From an uncultured Lentimicrobiaceae bacterium (GTDB lineage: Bacteria > Bacteroidota > Bacteroidia > Bacteroidales > WCHB1-69), in NCBI GenBank assembly GCA_964653595.1, contig CAZZHH010000003.1, forward strand, positions 37,957 to 101,956: a stretch of 64,000 bases of DNA, given 5' to 3'. Shown here in pieces: positions 17,198 to 25,945 of the stretch. Numbering within the stretch: the first letter of the stretch is position 1; each line of letters opens with the position of its first letter. A program made the translations under genes and the position numbers. The notes under the pieces are model-generated. The model made no database searches. It saw only the letters and a list, made by a program, of their open reading frames with translations, and had not been told where the DNA came from.

Positions 17198-17576
17198 TCA
17201 CAAATTTTTAGTTTTTTCGTTAACATTCCATTTTTGTTCGCAACGCATCTGTTCTTCATCTGGATAATTTATTTTTATAGGAATATATACCGAAATCGTA
17301 TTGTCTCCGTCTTTGTTGACGACAAATTCAATATTATTATCTTTCAAATCCTTATCGGCGAAAAATTCAAAATTCATCACATAGCCATCGTCACGAATGA
17401 ACCTTTTATCTCGTTTCTTGAGAACGGCTTCCGTAATTGAGTCAAACATACTGTGAACATCTTCTAAGCGTAACCAGTTTGGACAATAAACGAATTTTGA
17501 TTCTTTTTTTTGAATCATATTCTGCAACCATGTCTAAGTTTTCAAATTCTATAATTTTTTCGAATTCTACAATCAT
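17198..17576 (-). CDS. Fam-G paralog interrupted by a frameshift in an A8 run
   Basis: ATG 17574-17576 (TAATG coupling) gives MIVEFEKIIEFENLDMVAEYDSKK. Frame then shifts at A8 (17504-17511) into track ORF 17198..17527. Both halves align to 16411..17139. Confidence 0.55.
17504..17511 (-). other. A8 homopolymer at a frame break
   Basis: T8 on + strand; removing one base restores a continuous Fam-G reading frame. Confidence 0.7.
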
Positions 17577-18178
17577 TATTGTTCACCTTTCTCTTTCACA
17601 TGCTCTGTGTATTCTTTCCACGCATAGTAAATCAAATCTTTAACTGACTCTTTTTGTGTACCCTGTAAAGTCCATGAGGTTCCATATTGAAATTCTTCTG
17701 TCGTGTTAGGTTCTTTTTTGAAATACACGCATATTGCCATCTCCATGAAAATTGAATTCGAAGCGGAACAACCTAAAAGAATGCTTTCCAAATCTTTTCC
17801 AATTTCGAAGTCAAACGGAAGAGGATATTCAAAAAATTCACAATCCTCAGTATTCTCTTCGCCTAATGCATTAACAATATTATCGCCTTCGGCTTGCATG
17901 GCAACAAACGTGGCCTGTAACATTGGAGCAAGAAGTTTGTTGTTTCCATATTGTTTATGCATGTCGCTAATCTTAAGCATGTTGGCACAAAGTCTGCCAA
18001 TATCATAGCATTTATTGACCATTGACTGTTCCCAATTTGTTAACATGTTATGGAATTCTTTGAACGAATCGTCATCCAAATCGTATCCGAACATTCCAAT
18101 AAGGAATCCTGTTGTTTGTATTGCAAGGTCATAATTCTCTTTAATGGATTTAATCCCTTTGTCTGTTAAAAATAACAT
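17576..18178 (-). CDS. Fam-B paralog (unknown function)
   Basis: Trimmed to ATG 18176-18178; N-terminus MLFLTDKGIKSIKENYDLAIQTTGFLIGMFG typical of Fam-B. Confidence 0.75.
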   Translation of the reverse strand: MLFLTDKGIKSIKENYDLAIQTTGFLIGMFGYDLDDDSFKEFHNMLTNWEQSMVNKCYDIGRLCANMLKISDMHKQYGNNKLLAPMLQATFVAMQAEGDNIVNALGEENTEDCEFFEYPLPFDFEIGKDLESILLGCSASNSIFMEMAICVYFKKEPNTTEEFQYGTSWTLQGTQKESVKDLIYYAWKEYTEHVKEKGEQ

Positions 18179-18211
18179 TGTGTATCTACCTTTCTTTCTG
18201 TTTGTAATTTG

Positions 18212-18244
18212 ATCATACAATTGAGATTACTTTTTATTCACAAA
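18212..18244 (-). promoter_or_regulatory. promoter module (GTGAATAAA-N12-TTGTATGAT)
   Basis: Typical copy; 35 nt leader to AGAAAGAAAGG SD of the CDS starting at 18178. Confidence 0.65.
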
Positions 18245-18249
18245 TTTTT

Positions 18250-18283
18250 AATAAAATATGGCGATTATTTCTAACCGCCATAT
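18250..18283 (-). terminator. intrinsic terminator after 18287..18922
   Basis: ATATGGCG-loop-CGCCATAT then TTTTATT. Confidence 0.7.
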
Positions 18284-18286
18284 TTC

Positions 18287-18922
18287 CTATCCCCGACTGC
18301 TTTCATATTGTTTCCATAATGCACTAAACAAATTAATCACATTATCTTTTGATTCGTCTGTGAAGATTTCTTTGATTCCACCATAGTTATCGCATAAGCA
18401 ATCAAACTTTTGGACATGATGTACGTTTGGGTGGAGATACCACCGCATACATGCCTGCATACAAACTGCAGTGGGGTCGTAACACATATTCTCGAATGCA
18501 CTCTTGAGATCGTAGTAAATAGTGAAACACCAAGGAATATGCATCCCGTTAAAGAATTCAGAATCAACAGCTATTTCACTATAGGTTGTATCTTCATCTA
18601 ATGTTTTCTTAATCTTGGCATTGATTTTATTCTGTAAGACTTGATACGCCGCTTCAAGGGATAATCTAATTTCTGGTTCATCGTTTTCTCGTCTGTAATG
18701 CCTGAAAACTTTTTCAATTCTAAACGTGTCGGCAGTAAGCCTTCCAATTTCATAACTGATATCGTTCAACCCTTGGTTTGGGTCAAGCATATCATTAAAC
18801 GGTTTCAAACGTTCATCATCTTTATCACACTCAAAAAGTCCAAGTATGAATGATGTAAAGTGTGTTTCCGATTCAAATCTTTCATTGATGGCATTAATGC
18901 CTTTTTCTGTTAAAATGTTCAT
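18287..18922 (-). CDS. Fam-B paralog (unknown function)
   Basis: MNILTEKGINAINERFESETHFTSFILGLFE; own promoter, SD and terminator. Confidence 0.8.
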   Translation of the reverse strand: MNILTEKGINAINERFESETHFTSFILGLFECDKDDERLKPFNDMLDPNQGLNDISYEIGRLTADTFRIEKVFRHYRRENDEPEIRLSLEAAYQVLQNKINAKIKKTLDEDTTYSEIAVDSEFFNGMHIPWCFTIYYDLKSAFENMCYDPTAVCMQACMRWYLHPNVHHVQKFDCLCDNYGGIKEIFTDESKDNVINLFSALWKQYESSRG

Positions 18923-18973
18923 GTTTCTACCTTTCTTTCTTTTGATACTTGATTATACAATCAGACTTACTTT

Positions 18974-19537
18974 TTATTCTTCAATTTTCAATTTTTTGGG
19001 GAAATATTTTTCCATGTACTTCTTTGCCTTACGGTTATACATGATTGTTTGTGCGCACAGGAGTTTCTTGACTAACCCGCCTTTAATATTCGGGCAAATG
19101 ATAATCCTGTCTGACGCACCGTCAATAAAGGATTTGTTTACAAATTCAGGAAGTTCCGAACCTAAGAAAACAATTCGCCTTAAGCTATAACAATGCGCAA
19201 ATGCCGAACCGCCGATACGTTTTACGGATTCTGGAATAATAATGGATTCCAGTTTGTTACATCCATAAAACGCAAAATGTCCAATTCCGACAATATTTCC
19301 AGTCAATTCGACAGATGTTAACGATTGACAACCCATAAACGCACAAGAACCGATATTTGTGACACGGTAGGGTACTTCTTCGTATTCTATTGATATTGGC
19401 GTATCAAATGTTTCCCTGTTAGTTCTGACGGCTTTCTTTTCGCCGTCACCAACCTGAAGATTTGCGTTGTCGATAAATTTGTAAATCGTATTGTCAACCT
19501 TCAGGATTGACTTAATTTCAAGTTCCGTAACTTCCAT
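18974..19537 (-). CDS. BspA-type leucine-rich-repeat protein
   Basis: IGSCAFMGCQSLTSVELTGNIVGIGHFAFYGCNKLESIIIPESVKRIGGSAFAHCYSLRRI; GAGGAAGG SD. Confidence 0.8.
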   Translation of the reverse strand: MEVTELEIKSILKVDNTIYKFIDNANLQVGDGEKKAVRTNRETFDTPISIEYEEVPYRVTNIGSCAFMGCQSLTSVELTGNIVGIGHFAFYGCNKLESIIIPESVKRIGGSAFAHCYSLRRIVFLGSELPEFVNKSFIDGASDRIIICPNIKGGLVKKLLCAQTIMYNRKAKKYMEKYFPKKLKIEE

Positions 19538-19609
19538 TCTCGCACCTTCCTCAACAGGGATTACATTTTCATTCCGCTTTTATTTATTACAAAGTAATCC
19601 GATTAATCG

Positions 19610-20158
19610 TCATTGCCCAAAAATTTCTTTCAGTTCCTGAAATGCCTTATCATCAATGAAAAGGAAATGGCTGGCGGTGTATCCGTCTAAAACATTCATA
19701 AGGTACCTAATAATATTCTTGATAATATTATTACCGTTTTCATCACGTATAACCGTTGCGAGAAAAACAAACGGGTCATCTTTAGTCTTACCGTCATTCC
19801 CGTAATTAAACGAAATAGCTTCCCATTTTTCTGCCTGTTCTTTGGGAACACTGATTTGGAAATCTTCATTACCGAAATACATTCCTACATATTCAAAGTC
19901 AAGATTTTCATCGCTCCCAGTTGCTTCATTAAAAAGTCTTACAAATTTCCGAATCATCATATTTGCAAGAAAGTTATGAAACTTACCACTGGAAAAGTTG
20001 TCTTCAACAAAGTTTGAATATCTTAACCATTGTTGTTCTGTGAAGTTGCTATGCTCTTTACGAAAATTGTTTACTTCGCGAATCCTCGAGGCATACATTT
20101 CTGAATATTCGTACGGCTGATAGAAATTCCTGAATTTGATTTTTACCATGTCGTTCAT
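19610..20158 (-). CDS. Fam-A paralog (unknown function)
   Basis: Fam-A signature: V.I.F.N.F near N-terminus, ..F...(T/S)G..E.L.F.(Y/F)V, then F.(I/V).(M/V)...(Y/F)..W..I(A/S); own promoter and SD. Confidence 0.8.
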   Translation of the reverse strand: MNDMVKIKFRNFYQPYEYSEMYASRIREVNNFRKEHSNFTEQQWLRYSNFVEDNFSSGKFHNFLANMMIRKFVRLFNEATGSDENLDFEYVGMYFGNEDFQISVPKEQAEKWEAISFNYGNDGKTKDDPFVFLATVIRDENGNNIIKNIIRYLMNVLDGYTASHFLFIDDKAFQELKEIFGQ

Positions 20159-20224
20159 TGTATTTGTAACCTTTCTTTGTTATGCTTGGTACTACAACTG
20201 GAATGGATTTTTATTCACAAATTC

Positions 20225-20779
20225 TCAATTTTCGTATTCGTGAATTGCTTGAAGTTCTGAACGCCATGTTACAGCATCAACCCTCATGAAGTCACATGCC
20301 GTATGTTTACCCATTAATTGAGAAATACGATTGACAATGTTTTTCCCGATATATCCGTCATAAGCTTTTTTGAGCATGAATGTAAACACGTCGTTTTCTT
20401 CGTTCTCACCATTGTTCCCGAGGTCGTAGGCAATACTTTTCCACTTATTAAATTCAGCATCGGTCATTTTGACAACAAAGTATTGTTTGCCGTTTTCGTT
20501 TTCCATTTCAATGTATTTGAGGTTCAGCTCTTCGTCATACCCAGAGACACATTTGTAAAGTTCAACAAACGCTTTTGCCGTATCCTGCACAAGATATCTG
20601 TGGAACATGTTATATGAAAAATGACCCCCAACCATGCAATAATACATTTGCGCTTTACCTTCGGTCGGATTATAAACCTTGCAAAACCTGTCAACTGCAC
20701 GTTTTGTAGAATCGTCAATTTCTTTTGATTCGTGTTCCTGAAAAAGATTTTCAAACCGAATTTCCACTGTATCGTACAT
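20225..20779 (-). CDS. Fam-A paralog (unknown function)
   Basis: Trimmed to second ATG (20777-20779), properly spaced from AAAGAAAGG; MYDTVEIRFENLF. Confidence 0.8.
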   Translation of the reverse strand: MYDTVEIRFENLFQEHESKEIDDSTKRAVDRFCKVYNPTEGKAQMYYCMVGGHFSYNMFHRYLVQDTAKAFVELYKCVSGYDEELNLKYIEMENENGKQYFVVKMTDAEFNKWKSIAYDLGNNGENEENDVFTFMLKKAYDGYIGKNIVNRISQLMGKHTACDFMRVDAVTWRSELQAIHEYEN

Positions 20780-20848
20780 TGTAATCATAACCTTTCTTTG
20801 TTTTGATACTTACACTTACAATCAGGATGGTTTTTTATTCACAAATTC

Positions 20849-21394
20849 TCAATTTTCGTATTCGTGAACGTCTTTAAGCCCAGCATACCAAGTACTGGCA
20901 TCGACGTCAAGCAACTTGTTTGCGGATTGGTCTGACAAATCATCTAAAATATCTTCAATGACGTTTTTTGCAATGTATCCTTCATACGTATTTCTGGCAA
21001 TGAAAGCAAACGTGTTATCGTCATTGTTCCCGTTGTCAGCCGCATAGTTATAAAACTCATCAAACTGTTCTCTTGAAACTTTAATGACGAAATACTGTTT
21101 ACCGTTTTCCGTTTCAGTTCTCACATATTCAAAATCCAATTTACTATGCGATTCTGAAATAAAGTTATGAAAAACAACAAATTTCGATACCATCATTTCA
21201 GCAAGAAGTTTGTTGAATTTTTCATACGAAAAATGTTTACTGATAAGGGCACGGTATTTCGACTCTGGTTCGTTCGTGGGATAGTTGTATGCCTTGCGAA
21301 AATTGTACACCGAATTATCCTTCAGTGTTTCGATCGTGTCAGATTCGTGTCCTTGAAAAAAATTCTCGAATCGAATTTCTATTGTATTGCCCAT
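20849..21394 (-). CDS. Fam-A paralog (unknown function)
   Basis: Trimmed to ATG 21392-21394; MGNTIEIRFENFF; close tandem paralog of 20225..20779. Confidence 0.8.
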   Translation of the reverse strand: MGNTIEIRFENFFQGHESDTIETLKDNSVYNFRKAYNYPTNEPESKYRALISKHFSYEKFNKLLAEMMVSKFVVFHNFISESHSKLDFEYVRTETENGKQYFVIKVSREQFDEFYNYAADNGNNDDNTFAFIARNTYEGYIAKNVIEDILDDLSDQSANKLLDVDASTWYAGLKDVHEYEN

Positions 21395-21473
21395 TGTAAT
21401 CATAACCTTTCTTTGTTTTGATACTTACACTTACAATCAGGATGGTTTTTTATTCATCATTTGTGAATTTTTT

Positions 21474-22103
21474 CTACACAGCTTGTTTGTCGTATCTCAT
21501 GCGACTTGCGCCGAAAAGTTTTTCACTTGCGTTTACGAAATACTCATCACCGCTTTCAAAGCATTCTCTAAACACATTCACGTTTTCTTGCGATTCGATA
21601 TTGTCACAAAGTGTCATAACTTTTACAAACAAACCGCCAAACACAATGTTCAACCTGCGTTCCACTTCTGCGTTCTCAATGAAATGCCCAGTGAAAACAC
21701 CTTTCAGGAATTCATTGTAAGAATCTTCTTCAATGGCTTTGAATGCACTTCTGATTGCTTCTATTCGCTTAACGTGCGAAAGATGTTTGATAAGTTCGCC
21801 GCATGAGTTTTGTGGCTTTATAAAATACCCACAAACGGTCAGCATACATTTTTCCAACATCTCGATGTCGTCTTGCGAGCTTTTTCGATAATACCAACTA
21901 AGGTTTTTGCACTTCTTTTTATAAAGTTCCCACTGCAAAACATTTTCGTTTTCATATTTTCTTGAAAATTCTCTGTAGCAAACGTAAACCTTAACCACTT
22001 TGCGTAAGGCTTCATCGAGAGTTTTTTTATCTATAACTTCGCTCATGTTCCAACCGCTCACATATTTTTCGTGAACGACCGACAGTTTGTCCATAATATT
22101 CAT
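21474..22103 (-). CDS. Fam-E paralog (unknown function)
   Basis: Trimmed to ATG 22101-22103 (GGAAAGG SD); HEKYVSGWNMSEV..YVCYREFSRKYENENV aligns with 28135..28767. Confidence 0.75.
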   Translation of the reverse strand: MNIMDKLSVVHEKYVSGWNMSEVIDKKTLDEALRKVVKVYVCYREFSRKYENENVLQWELYKKKCKNLSWYYRKSSQDDIEMLEKCMLTVCGYFIKPQNSCGELIKHLSHVKRIEAIRSAFKAIEEDSYNEFLKGVFTGHFIENAEVERRLNIVFGGLFVKVMTLCDNIESQENVNVFRECFESGDEYFVNASEKLFGASRMRYDKQAV

Positions 22104-22210
22104 GTGTTGTATCCTTTCCACACAATGTAGAATGCCGCTATAACAAGTATTGCATAAACCACATACAATACGTTAAAAGCATTTTGCAAAAATCCGTTTT
22201 CTCTGTTCAT
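22100..22210 (-). CDS. small membrane peptide (36 aa), partner of Fam-E gene
   Basis: GGAGGAAC SD; ATGA overlaps at both ends; MNRENGFLQNAFNVLYVVYAILVIAAFYIVWKGYNT; paralog at 28774..28872. Confidence 0.5.
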   Translation of the reverse strand: MNRENGFLQNAFNVLYVVYAILVIAAFYIVWKGYNT

Positions 22211-22506
22211 TGTTCCTCCACTGGCTTAATGACAACATACTCTGACGCAACCTTGCCGTAATTGTCAATCATTTTCCCAACAGCCCTATCGCTGGTACAT
22301 TCGTTTCGTTCTGGCTCAAAACTTTTAAATCCATATTTTTCAGTGGCGATATAGTTGGCAATGGCGATTAATTCGCCAGTTGTGTTCTTGACAACGGGAT
22401 TATGTTTGGCGCACCACGGCATGAACAAAGCGTTAATCACTACCATACGTGCGCCGTTTACGTCAAACACAACCATTTCAAAATCGTTCATATTATAAAG
22501 CAACAT
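22207..22506 (-). CDS. Fam-H paralog (unknown function)
   Basis: Tandem paralog of 22508..22816 (MLLYNMNDFEMVVFDVNG / MLIYNRSDVEYADFDLNG). Confidence 0.7.
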   Translation of the reverse strand: MLLYNMNDFEMVVFDVNGARMVVINALFMPWCAKHNPVVKNTTGELIAIANYIATEKYGFKSFEPERNECTSDRAVGKMIDNYGKVASEYVVIKPVEEQ

Positions 22507-22507
22507 C

Positions 22508-22816
22508 TTATTTCTGTTCCACCACTGGTTTAAGGACGGCTTTTTCTACTTTAACGATCGTTCCAAACCCAGCTGTGATTTTCCCAACAGCTTCATTTTT
22601 TGTACACCTATCCCAGTTTGGTTCGAAGTTACAAAACCCAAATCGAGTCATGGCAATATAATCAGCAATGGCGATTAATTCAATGGATTCATCTTCAATT
22701 CCTGTGGCGTCAAACTCCCTTACCCATTCCATGAAATCGGAACGTTGTACTCTTACCTTTGTGCCATTCAAGTCAAAATCGGCGTATTCAACATCACTTC
22801 TATTGTAAATTAACAT
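22508..22816 (-). CDS. Fam-H paralog (unknown function)
   Basis: GAAAGAAAGGATAAAG SD; promoter variant (GAACAAA) upstream. Confidence 0.75.
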   Translation of the reverse strand: MLIYNRSDVEYADFDLNGTKVRVQRSDFMEWVREFDATGIEDESIELIAIADYIAMTRFGFCNFEPNWDRCTKNEAVGKITAGFGTIVKVEKAVLKPVVEQK

Positions 22817-22970
22817 TTCTTTATCCTTTCTTTCAATATCTAACTACAATCTTGTTTCCGTTTTGTTCATCAATAATGAAATTTCGCTATGTCGGACTGC
22901 ATGGTTTCCAATTTGTCCAAACTTTGTTCAGCATGTAGTATGTTGTAAAATGTGTCATGGTTAAATTCTC

Positions 22971-23486
22971 CTACGCCAGTTCTTTTTTATAAGTTTCAGA
23001 CAAAAATGCATCATAATCGCCGCCGATAAACCTGCTGTACTGAACGAATTGTGCATTAAAATCAATAGATTCACAAGCTTCAAGTAATCCTTCTACATGG
23101 TTGATAATAAACTCAAAAGGATTTTCTACTGTTCGTCCCAGCTTTGTGGCGATATCAAACCATTTCTTGTATTCCGATTCGCCCATTTCGATAGTAAAGG
23201 ATTCGCTGTCACCCTCATGATTCATTTCAACAAAATTAAATACAAGAGATTCATTACTTCCAGTGATCTCATTATATCGTTCGGCGAAGTGATTAAGGCA
23301 AGTTTTTGCAAGCCATTTATAATAATCGGGATACTTAAAGTTCTTCTTTAAATACCGCTCATGCTCTTCATTGCGTGTTGTGTTGTTATAACACTCGGCA
23401 AAAGACGCCAGTTCGTCCTGCATAACGTTTTCTGCTTCAAAACGTGCTTCGCAAAACACGTTCGGGAAATTCATTGTCCTACTCAT
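22971..23486 (-). CDS. Fam-A paralog (unknown function)
   Basis: NFPNVFCEARFEAE...ITGSNESLVFNFVEM...FTIEMGESEYKKWFDIA. Confidence 0.8.
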   Translation of the reverse strand: MSRTMNFPNVFCEARFEAENVMQDELASFAECYNNTTRNEEHERYLKKNFKYPDYYKWLAKTCLNHFAERYNEITGSNESLVFNFVEMNHEGDSESFTIEMGESEYKKWFDIATKLGRTVENPFEFIINHVEGLLEACESIDFNAQFVQYSRFIGGDYDAFLSETYKKELA

Positions 23487-23539
23487 TGTTTCTACCTTTC
23501 TTTCTGTTTGTAATTGTATTCTACAATCGGCGTTGCTTT

Positions 23540-24097
23540 TTATTCACAATTTTTGATTTTTTTCAAAATGAACAACCGTTCGAATTCGGGAAGTGGGCAT
23601 TCAAGAATCCACTCCATCGGCTTAATCCGATTCCATACTTCAAGCGAATATCCATTTACCTGATTCATAATGCGTGTATCAATGTGCAAACGCAAATACG
23701 GTTTGTTTTCCAACGAATCTAAACTTTCTGTCAGCTGTTGTAACGCTTCATAATCTTTCTGCGTGGCTTCGTAGTGAAGTGTAAAAGTAAATCCATCAAG
23801 CAAGCTGAGAATTTCCATATACTGCGGTACAGGAATGTACAGCGCACTGTAAAGGATAATTTTGCTTTCTACGTTTTTCTCCCGCAAGTACTTAATGGTA
23901 TCAAGCGTGTTTTGAATTTGGTGCGCTGTTAACGGTTCGCCGCCTGTTAACAAGATTTCCGTAGGTTCCAGTGCGATAATTTCATCCATACTTTCAATCA
24001 TGGTATGATCGTTAAACACGTTTTGTTTGTTACAACATCCATCACAGTTTCTCGGGCAATCTGTGGTTAGTAAGACCCTCGCTTTAATTTGATTCAT
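23540..24097 (-). CDS. small radical SAM enzyme (NrdG/QueE-size class, specific function unknown)
   Basis: CPRNCDGC (CX3CX2C) at residues 14-21 and LLTGGEPL SAM-binding motif; 185 aa. Confidence 0.8.
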   Translation of the reverse strand: MNQIKARVLLTTDCPRNCDGCCNKQNVFNDHTMIESMDEIIALEPTEILLTGGEPLTAHQIQNTLDTIKYLREKNVESKIILYSALYIPVPQYMEILSLLDGFTFTLHYEATQKDYEALQQLTESLDSLENKPYLRLHIDTRIMNQVNGYSLEVWNRIKPMEWILECPLPEFERLFILKKIKNCE

Positions 24098-24154
24098 ATT
24101 TTACCTTTCTTTCTGTTTGTAATACAATTGAGATTACTTTTTATTCATCAATTT

Positions 24155-24604
24155 TCATTTTTTGTACGCCCGAGAATAATCCACATGTTCGTCGACGAAT
24201 TTCCCCAAAGCAACCTTGCGCACTGCAAACTTATCAGCACTACTCCAGTCACCACACCACTTGCGAAGAACATTATCCAAGTGTTCTTGACACGTAACCA
24301 TAATGTTTGCAAGGTGTCCAGCTTGAAGTTTTTCGTCCTTGCAGTACGTTCTCTTGCTGTGACACAAAATGTTATACAGTTTGTTAATCGCCGTTTGAAC
24401 AAGCGATGAATATTGTTTATTTTCAAGCTGTGCGTGAATGTTCATAACATTCCCGTAGTTCCAAGAAACTATCGCCTGTTCCTCCGTTTGTTCCATTCGT
24501 GTTGTAGCATGGCAAGTTCCGCATTCGCAATGATAAAATGTCTTACCGTCTTGTTTTATGCGTATTACATGTCCACGTCCTTCACAGGTTACACATGGCT
24601 CCAT
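24155..24604 (-). CDS. Lar-like zinc-ribbon (restriction alleviation-type) N-domain protein (Fam-O)
   Basis: MEPCVTCEGRGH...YHCECGTCHATTRMEQTEEQAIVSWNYG matches the Lar-family pattern C..C....C..C....eeAi..WN; paralog of 29893..30378. Confidence 0.7.
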   Translation of the reverse strand: MEPCVTCEGRGHVIRIKQDGKTFYHCECGTCHATTRMEQTEEQAIVSWNYGNVMNIHAQLENKQYSSLVQTAINKLYNILCHSKRTYCKDEKLQAGHLANIMVTCQEHLDNVLRKWCGDWSSADKFAVRKVALGKFVDEHVDYSRAYKK

Positions 24605-24630
24605 AATTATTACCTTTCTTTGTCTGGTAG

Positions 24631-24667
24631 GGTATTTTACATTTGTGTTGGCGCTTTATTCACAAAT
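24631..24667 (-). promoter_or_regulatory. promoter module for 24155..24604
   Basis: GTGAATAAA-N13-TGTAAAATAC; back to back with the + promoter at 24697. Confidence 0.6.
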
Positions 24668-24696
24668 GGTTAATTTTATTTTTTGTGCAAGAGAAA

Positions 24697-24726
24697 ATGA
24701 ATAAATTCCCTGCTCGTATGTAATGC
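24697..24726 (+). promoter_or_regulatory. plus-strand promoter module for 24755..25213
   Basis: ATGAATAAA-N13-TGTAATG in + orientation, then AAAGGAAAAA SD. Confidence 0.6.
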
Positions 24727-24754
24727 GAACAAAACATTACAAAGGAAAAATGTT

Positions 24755-25213
24755 ATGAACGAAGAACAAGTGCAATGGGCACTTAAAGCTCTGCAAGGCA
24801 ACATCCGTATGGAGATGATGACAATCTTGGCTGAATGTGTCAAGAATGTACCACAAGAAGAATTGATTGAAAATCCAGCCAAAATGATTTATACGGTGGA
24901 TTCCAACGGCGAAGTAAATTATATCTTTGATAACGACTTTGACGAAACATTAAGCGAAGAGCAGGTTGCCGAAATGGAAATTGCGCTTCAGGGAAACGCC
25001 AAAGAAGAAGCTATGACGATTATTAATCATTTCGACGAAAACGTAGACGCAAATTTGCGCACAGGGAATCCTATTCATCTTGTTTACTTGGCAAGTACTA
25101 ACGGATTCTGTACTGGATATTGCACTGACGAAATTGAAAACATGTCGGATAACCAAAAAGAACAATTGAAGAAAATGCTTTTTAGACTCGGCGCAATTGA
25201 CAGATTGGCCTAA
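24755..25213 (+). CDS. Fam-P protein (two tandem ~75-aa domains), plus-strand gene
   Basis: Own + oriented promoter motif and AAAGGAAAAA SD; internal duplication EEQV..AL.GN...E.MTI; strong terminator downstream. Confidence 0.75.
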   Translation: MNEEQVQWALKALQGNIRMEMMTILAECVKNVPQEELIENPAKMIYTVDSNGEVNYIFDNDFDETLSEEQVAEMEIALQGNAKEEAMTIINHFDENVDANLRTGNPIHLVYLASTNGFCTGYCTDEIENMSDNQKEQLKKMLFRLGAIDRLA

Positions 25214-25234
25214 TTCCAACGTTGAATAAGTAAA

Positions 25235-25280
25235 CGAAATCCCCTCTGTATGGAGAATGATACAGAGGGGATTTCGTTTT
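25235..25280. terminator. bidirectional terminator between convergent 24755..25213 and 25293..25892
   Basis: Perfect 16-bp stem CGAAATCCCCTCTGTA/TACAGAGGGGATTTCG; T-run on + side. Confidence 0.8.
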
Positions 25281-25292
25281 GAAGGGAAACTT

Positions 25293-25892
25293 TTATTTGT
25301 GTTTCTCATATTTCTTGTATTTCACGTATTCGTCCCAAAGTCTGGTAAGTATAAAAACGATATACGCTTCTGTCGTTTGACTAAATTCTCTATGTGGAAC
25401 ATTATTGCCATACATTTTTCGTAATTCGTCACGGGCATATCCACCCTCTTCACCATTACAACAACTATCACCCCCAACGATAATCGTATCAAAAACTACC
25501 GAACGATAACCTTGCTTTTGCATTGTCTTTGCCCAATCGTAAGCATCATAAACTTCAGGGTATAAGATGTCAGTGCCTGCAATGGCTTCAATAAGCGGTT
25601 TATATTTTTCGTATCCATATTGGCGTTGGATATCATATTGGAACATTCTTTCGGCAACACCTAATGCTTCGACTGTACCTAAAAAATAAAGACGCTTTTT
25701 CGCATTCTTGATTGCCAAAAATTCTCTCATAGCCACACCGAAATAATCATGACCGTCATAACTTTCGTAACCGACGGGAGGGAGCCTGTATTTATATCCC
25801 ATAAGCCCCATAGCGAACCGTGTGGTTCTCATTTCGCTTTCTTCGTTCTCTTTAATAAATTGAACGACTTCTGGACTAAGTGTGTTACTCAT
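25293..25892 (-). CDS. hypothetical protein with Fam-B-like N-terminus
   Basis: LSPEVVQFIKENEESEMRTTRFAMGLMG resembles Fam-B N-termini; remainder differs. Confidence 0.8.
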   Translation of the reverse strand: MSNTLSPEVVQFIKENEESEMRTTRFAMGLMGYKYRLPPVGYESYDGHDYFGVAMREFLAIKNAKKRLYFLGTVEALGVAERMFQYDIQRQYGYEKYKPLIEAIAGTDILYPEVYDAYDWAKTMQKQGYRSVVFDTIIVGGDSCCNGEEGGYARDELRKMYGNNVPHREFSQTTEAYIVFILTRLWDEYVKYKKYEKHK

Positions 25893-25945
25893 TGTCTCTA
25901 CCTTTCTTTGTGTTTGTAATGTTGTAATACAATCGGGAATACTTT

